Source of the DNA: an uncultured Bacilli bacterium | Lineage (GTDB): Bacteria > Bacillota_I > Bacilli_A > RF39 > UBA660 | Length of the DNA stretch: 64,000 bases | Assembly: GCA_947626095.1 (NCBI GenBank) | Contig: CANQQV010000001.1 | Coordinates: 32,001 to 96,000, forward strand | Direction of reading: 5' to 3' | Notes under the pieces: generated by a model | Told to the model about the DNA's origin: nothing | What the model saw: only the letters and a program-made list of their open reading frames with translations | Database searches by the model: none | Shown here: positions 59,412 through 64,000 of the stretch, piece by piece | Numbering within the stretch: position 1 is the first letter of the stretch | Layout: each line of letters starts with the position of its first letter | Made by a program: the position numbers and the translations under genes

Positions 59412-61388
59412 TTACATTTTTACTAATTTAGAAAAGTAACTATTATTAGTTGTATCATATATTTGGAAAACACAGTAATAATCAGCACCATCATCAAGTT
59501 TATCTATTCTAAGATCTAATGCTTCAACTTCACTTTCAATACCTTCAAAAATTCCATTACTTTCCCAATCAGTTGTGTAATTACCATTTTTATCTAATAT
59601 TTTATATTTACTACTACCAAAAACAATATGTGTATACTTATTAATATCAACTGCCACCGTATTAGGTAAATCTTCATCATCACTAATTAATAAGAGTTTA
59701 GAAATACCTATTTTCTGTGTTTCTTTATTATATACTAATGTCATCATAGCACTATCAATTAACCACTTAGAAATATCTTCATCAGAGAAATTCTCTAAAA
59801 TAACAGCTGTTTGATATTCAATATATTTATCATTATTTTCAGTTTCACTTAGATGAAGTTGATCTTCAATATGGTTACCATCTTTATCTTCACCAACTAT
59901 TTTTAACTGTCTATCCTTTATATTAGCCGTTAATGTATTACCATTTAACTTTACTTCTTTACCACGATAAATAGGTGTAAAATAACCATCTTTCTCGGCT
60001 TTAAATACAATATATTGTGCACTAGCAAATCCTTCTAATTGTTCATCAGTAAGTTGTAAAGTAAAATCAGGTTCACTAGAATTCTTATCAATCTTAACAT
60101 CATTCTGCGCAAAAGAGAAATTATAAGATGTACTAGTTTGAATAGAATTAAATCTCTTAATAAATGAATAATAATCTTCTAAATCATCAAAAGATTGATA
60201 TATCTTCAAAAATGCTTCTTTTTCAGCACTACTACCTTGATAAGGAAAATAAATACTCAAACCACGTGATTTATTATTCGTTGCAAAATTGTATAAAACT
60301 GTATTTTCAAAATTATTTAATACCTTATCAGCTTTTGCACTAGAATAACTTTTTAAACTATCAACTAAATTATAAAGATCAACCATATCATAAGCTTTTT
60401 CCGTATCACCATATTGATATAAACCATTTCTTACTCTGGCTATATCATTATAATTTTTTGAAACATCAATGTCCTCAAAGAAATCATTAACACTATCAAT
60501 TAAATTATCAACATTACTTAAATCAATTATTGAATATGTAGAATATAATGAAGGTGTATTACCTGTATATGAAAAATATAAATTTTTATAGTTACCTATT
60601 AAACCTTTATAAGAATCAATAAACTTTAAAGCCATATCATAAGAGGTATCTTCTTGTTTAATCTTATTTATAAATTCTAAAGGAGAATCCATTGTATTAC
60701 CAATTGTTACTTCCTCAGATGCTACTAAATAATCTGCATAATCACCTAACATTGAAGCAACTTCTAAATTACCATTTAAACATGTTCTAAATATTATTGT
60801 CTCCAATTTATTATTCTTATTAAAAGGTGAACCAGACAAACCTTTATTTATTTCATACAAAGATAAAAAATCATTAGCTAGTTCATCATGTTCAGAACCT
60901 AATATTGCTGAACCATGATCCCAAAACATTAAATTATATTTATCTGTTTTATAATTCTCATAAACATAATCTAAGAAGTTACTTAATACTTTAGGTTCCC
61001 CCATATTTTGAATATTTTGTTTTTTAACTTTTTCAAAGCCACCTTTTTTTAATTCATAAATAGATGTTTCATCAACATCAACATAATCATTATTCCATTG
61101 CTTACTACCACCAGCAATTAAAACAACCTTTGTATCTTCAGCACTTGTTTTTTTATAATCTATTGTACTTAAATCAAATGAAGCAATTCCATTACTAGAT
61201 TCCAAGTCTGCTCCTACCATATAGATCATTATTGTTCTAGAACCTGGTTTGGAATTATCAGTTACATCCTTATCTTGCATTTTATTAAGAATTAAACCGC
61301 CTTCAACCACTATTACAACAATTAAAATAACTACTAATATAATATATAATACATTTTTATTAGATTTTTTTTGCTCAGTACCATTCAT
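59412..61388 (-). CDS. Clostripain-family (C11) cysteine peptidase, membrane-anchored
   Basis: TIMIYMVGADLES, NMGEPKVL, LMFWDHGS (His), FRTCLNG (Cys), LVASEE, GLSIYFP. Confidence 0.88.
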   Translation of the reverse strand: MNGTEQKKSNKNVLYIILVVILIVVIVVEGGLILNKMQDKDVTDNSKPGSRTIMIYMVGADLESSNGIASFDLSTIDYKKTSAEDTKVVLIAGGSKQWNNDYVDVDETSIYELKKGGFEKVKKQNIQNMGEPKVLSNFLDYVYENYKTDKYNLMFWDHGSAILGSEHDELANDFLSLYEINKGLSGSPFNKNNKLETIIFRTCLNGNLEVASMLGDYADYLVASEEVTIGNTMDSPLEFINKIKQEDTSYDMALKFIDSYKGLIGNYKNLYFSYTGNTPSLYSTYSIIDLSNVDNLIDSVNDFFEDIDVSKNYNDIARVRNGLYQYGDTEKAYDMVDLYNLVDSLKSYSSAKADKVLNNFENTVLYNFATNNKSRGLSIYFPYQGSSAEKEAFLKIYQSFDDLEDYYSFIKRFNSIQTSTSYNFSFAQNDVKIDKNSSEPDFTLQLTDEQLEGFASAQYIVFKAEKDGYFTPIYRGKEVKLNGNTLTANIKDRQLKIVGEDKDGNHIEDQLHLSETENNDKYIEYQTAVILENFSDEDISKWLIDSAMMTLVYNKETQKIGISKLLLISDDEDLPNTVAVDINKYTHIVFGSSKYKILDKNGNYTTDWESNGIFEGIESEVEALDLRIDKLDDGADYYCVFQIYDTTNNSYFSKLVKM

Positions 61389-61494
61389 AAGTCAACACCT
61401 CTATTCTAAGTATATCAAATTCACTTCTAAAAAACTATTTATTTTAAATTATTTATTGTTATAATGTTTAATAATTATCAAATACTAATAATAG

Positions 61495-62181
61495 GTGATT
61501 ATTATGGAAACTTTAAAACGTTCACTTATTATGTTCTTTATTCTTTTTATAATAGTTAAATTACTCGGTAAAAAACAAATTAAAAGTTTTACTTTATACG
61601 ACTATATCTTAAGTATTACTATTGGTTCTATAACAGCAGATACAATAATTAGTACTGATACACCACTATTAGATGGTATTATTGCTCTATCTATCTTTGG
61701 TATTATTGGCATAATACTATCTCTAGTTACTAGTCATAATCATTCTGCTGAAGAAATAGTTGATGGTGAGCCATTAGTATTATTTGAAAATGATAACTTT
61801 AATTACGAAAATCTAGAAACCGCCAAAATAAGTATTGCTAAGTTATTAGAACATTGTCGTTTAAAAAATTGTTTTGATATTAATGAACTAGGTTGTGCTA
61901 TTCTAGAACCATCTAGTGATATCTCTATTCTTTTAAAAGAAAACTATCAATCAATCACTAGTAATGACTTAAAACAAGATATTCAAAAAAATACTAAGAA
62001 ACAAACTTATAACTATGAAATAATTGTTGATGTTGCTCTTAATGAATCAGAACTTAAAAAAGCTAAAAAAAGTAAAGTATGGTTAAATACCTATTTAAAA
62101 GATATTAATAAAAATATCGAAGATATCAGTTTATTATCAATAGATAAAAATGACAAAGTAACAACCTTTTACCGAATTTAA
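61495..62181 (+). CDS. DUF421 (YetF/YdfS) membrane protein
   Basis: KLLGKKQIKSFTLYDYILSITIGSI, DGEPLVL, AILEPSSDISILLK. Confidence 0.88.
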   Translation: MIIMETLKRSLIMFFILFIIVKLLGKKQIKSFTLYDYILSITIGSITADTIISTDTPLLDGIIALSIFGIIGIILSLVTSHNHSAEEIVDGEPLVLFENDNFNYENLETAKISIAKLLEHCRLKNCFDINELGCAILEPSSDISILLKENYQSITSNDLKQDIQKNTKKQTYNYEIIVDVALNESELKKAKKSKVWLNTYLKDINKNIEDISLLSIDKNDKVTTFYRI

Positions 62182-62202
62182 AAAGACCAATAGGTCTTTT
62201 TT
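62180..62202. terminator. Bidirectional intrinsic terminator
   Basis: AAAAAGACC-AATA-GGTCTTTTT. Confidence 0.7.
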
Positions 62203-63397
62203 ATAATTCTAAAATATATTTTTTATATAATTCAGCAACTCTTAAGGCTTGCTCTTCTTCATCGTCAGTACGTTCTTCACCCATTAATGAATTATTACGA
62301 TATGATAATATCTTATAGATTTCATCATTACGATCAAATCTAATATCTACATTTTTATGTATTCCATTACTAAGTAAAACATTATTAGACATATGACTAT
62401 ATATTTGCAAATCTCCTAAATCTCTATGATAACTAAAACTTTTATCAAAATAGTTAATTTTTAAATATTCATTATCGCCAAGCTTTTTCAGTAATCCACC
62501 ATTACATATACCATCATTATTTAGCTCTTCCGTAAATCCTTCTTTTATCAATCTATTATAATAAGCTTCTGAATTTTTATATGTTTCAAGATCTATTACT
62601 GGACTACTTCCTTCAGACATTACTCCATCGCTCTTCTTATTTACAAACTTATCATTGCTTAGAATCTTTTCCATTTTTATATTCATTTTTTCTAGAACTA
62701 ACTCTTTATCTTTGTTATATAATATAAATAAATAAAGATTAGAAACACCATTCTTATTATCTATTTTATCTAATTCTTCATCATAACCATAACTTTCCGA
62801 AAGGATTCGTATATTATTATATAACTCAATATCACTAAATGAATCACCTGAATGTCCTTCAATTAATTTATAATCATCCTTTTCTTTTACAGCTATAATT
62901 ATACTTTTAATGTTACTATAATCAACGGTATCACTTCTTAAATCGCCAATATCTAATATCGTATTAATATTTGATTTAACAAACATCCCACGCTTAATTG
63001 TGAAATTTTCACTTTGACCTTCTAATGAATAAATATTTATCTTTTTATAAGAATTAATAAAATATCCAAGCAGAAAAAGAACTAATACGAATAAACAAAT
63101 TATTACCATTTTAACTTTTTCTTGTTTCTTATCCATTTGGGCCTTATAAGCTAGATACTCTCCTAAAATATCATTGCTTTTATTTTTAGTCTTACTACCT
63201 CTTAATAATTCATCAGTTGTTATATCTAAAGTACGACATAAATTTCCAAAATAAGAATAATCTGGTAAACCTCTACCATTCTCCCATTTACTAATTGTTT
63301 TATCGCTACATCCTATCTTATCCGCTAATTCTTGTTGAGTAAGTCCTTTTTCTTTACGACATTGCGCGATAAACTTCCCAATTTGTATTTGATCCAT
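62201..63397 (-). CDS. Membrane-tethered XRE-family HTH regulator
   Basis: LTQQELADKIGCSDKTISKWENGRGLPD HTH, one TM, extracellular domain. Confidence 0.85.
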   Translation of the reverse strand: MDQIQIGKFIAQCRKEKGLTQQELADKIGCSDKTISKWENGRGLPDYSYFGNLCRTLDITTDELLRGSKTKNKSNDILGEYLAYKAQMDKKQEKVKMVIICLFVLVLFLLGYFINSYKKINIYSLEGQSENFTIKRGMFVKSNINTILDIGDLRSDTVDYSNIKSIIIAVKEKDDYKLIEGHSGDSFSDIELYNNIRILSESYGYDEELDKIDNKNGVSNLYLFILYNKDKELVLEKMNIKMEKILSNDKFVNKKSDGVMSEGSSPVIDLETYKNSEAYYNRLIKEGFTEELNNDGICNGGLLKKLGDNEYLKINYFDKSFSYHRDLGDLQIYSHMSNNVLLSNGIHKNVDIRFDRNDEIYKILSYRNNSLMGEERTDDEEEQALRVAELYKKYILEL

Positions 63398-63481
63398 AAT
63401 TATTCTCCTCTTTGAAATTTATTATACTAAAAATAATCTATAATGTATCTCTACGAACTGTATACATTACAAATAATTAAG

Positions 63482-64000
63482 TTATAATTCCAAATAATTA
63501 TCTTTATCTAATACAAATAAACATTCACTAATTGCTTCTCCACGACCATGTACTGCTATTAACTTATTTAAAATCCTTATAAAAGTATCATCACAATTAT
63601 GTTCTTTCATTATTTTTACATATTCATTCCATACATAAGATGAATTCCCTAAATGTTGTTTTAATGTTCTTATAATATCAATAGCTATATCTTTATCAAC
63701 ACCCTGTTTAAGTAAATAATCAAATATATCATCAACACTAGTTATCAATTCATTAATAGTTAATTTATTCTGTTTATATAATTCATCTTGATTATCTTTC
63801 CATAACTTCACACTATGAGCAAGACTCTTAACTTTAATATAATCATCTATTGTTTTTGGTTCTAAGACATTAGCTATTTTTAAATCATCAGGTGTCGATA
63901 ATGAATTAACTAATTCTGCTTTATTACTATCTACTAAGTATTCTTTTTCTTTTATTTGAACCATTAAGTAATATGGCCTATATTCACAATCTGTTTCTAA
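63482..64000 (-). CDS. Degenerate PolC (DNA polymerase III alpha) finger-domain-like protein; 5' end beyond the window
   Basis: The frame is open to the window edge. EPKTIDDYIKVKSLAH..W..NQDEL..ELITSVDDIFDYLL..MKEHNCDD..HGRGEA parallels the PolC pattern KPTTFSELVQISGLSH..W..NAQEL..VIGCRDDIMVYL..MRKHDVPE..FPKAHA, and the ORF stops shortly after. Confidence 0.55.
   Translation of the reverse strand, partial: LETDCEYRPYYLMVQIKEKEYLVDSNKAELVNSLSTPDDLKIANVLEPKTIDDYIKVKSLAHSVKLWKDNQDELYKQNKLTINELITSVDDIFDYLLKQGVDKDIAIDIIRTLKQHLGNSSYVWNEYVKIMKEHNCDDTFIRILNKLIAVHGRGEAISECLFVLDKDNYLEL

Overview
Very AT-rich chromosomal window from a walled, low-GC Firmicute (standard code 11; overall style suggests an uncultured gut Bacilli lineage such as RF39, which is inference only). 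It has about 50 CDS, tRNA-Cys(GCA), tRNA-Thr(CGT) and housekeeping genes (deoD, add, purA, dxs). The main signal is a NitT/TauT-type ABC operon resembling Bacillus ytlA-ytlC-ytlD (mother-cell sporulation genes) that is interrupted twice, each time next to a large serine recombinase (LSR) preceded by a tiny coupled ORF. (1) The ATPase gene is split just after its LSGGMKQR signature by an 8,110-bp element bounded by a 13-bp direct repeat (CAAAGAGTTGCTT, 12864-12876 and 20974-20986). Excision restores an intact in-frame 249-aa ATPase and creates a 48-bp imperfect palindrome resembling attP. (2) The substrate-binding gene lacks its 5' part: the break is at about 12055 beside a second LSR, and the partner half is not in the window. 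This looks like skin-type programmed DNA rearrangement. The excisable element carries a dockerin-bearing M60 peptidase plus a membrane-anchored cohesin-like protein. Other highlights are a DUF2207 membrane protein with a Cys-repeat tail translationally coupled to a radical SAM enzyme, an unannotated type I toxin-antitoxin-like locus next to tRNA-Thr, a HipA-like pseudokinase, a degenerate PolC-finger-like protein and three membrane-tethered XRE regulators.
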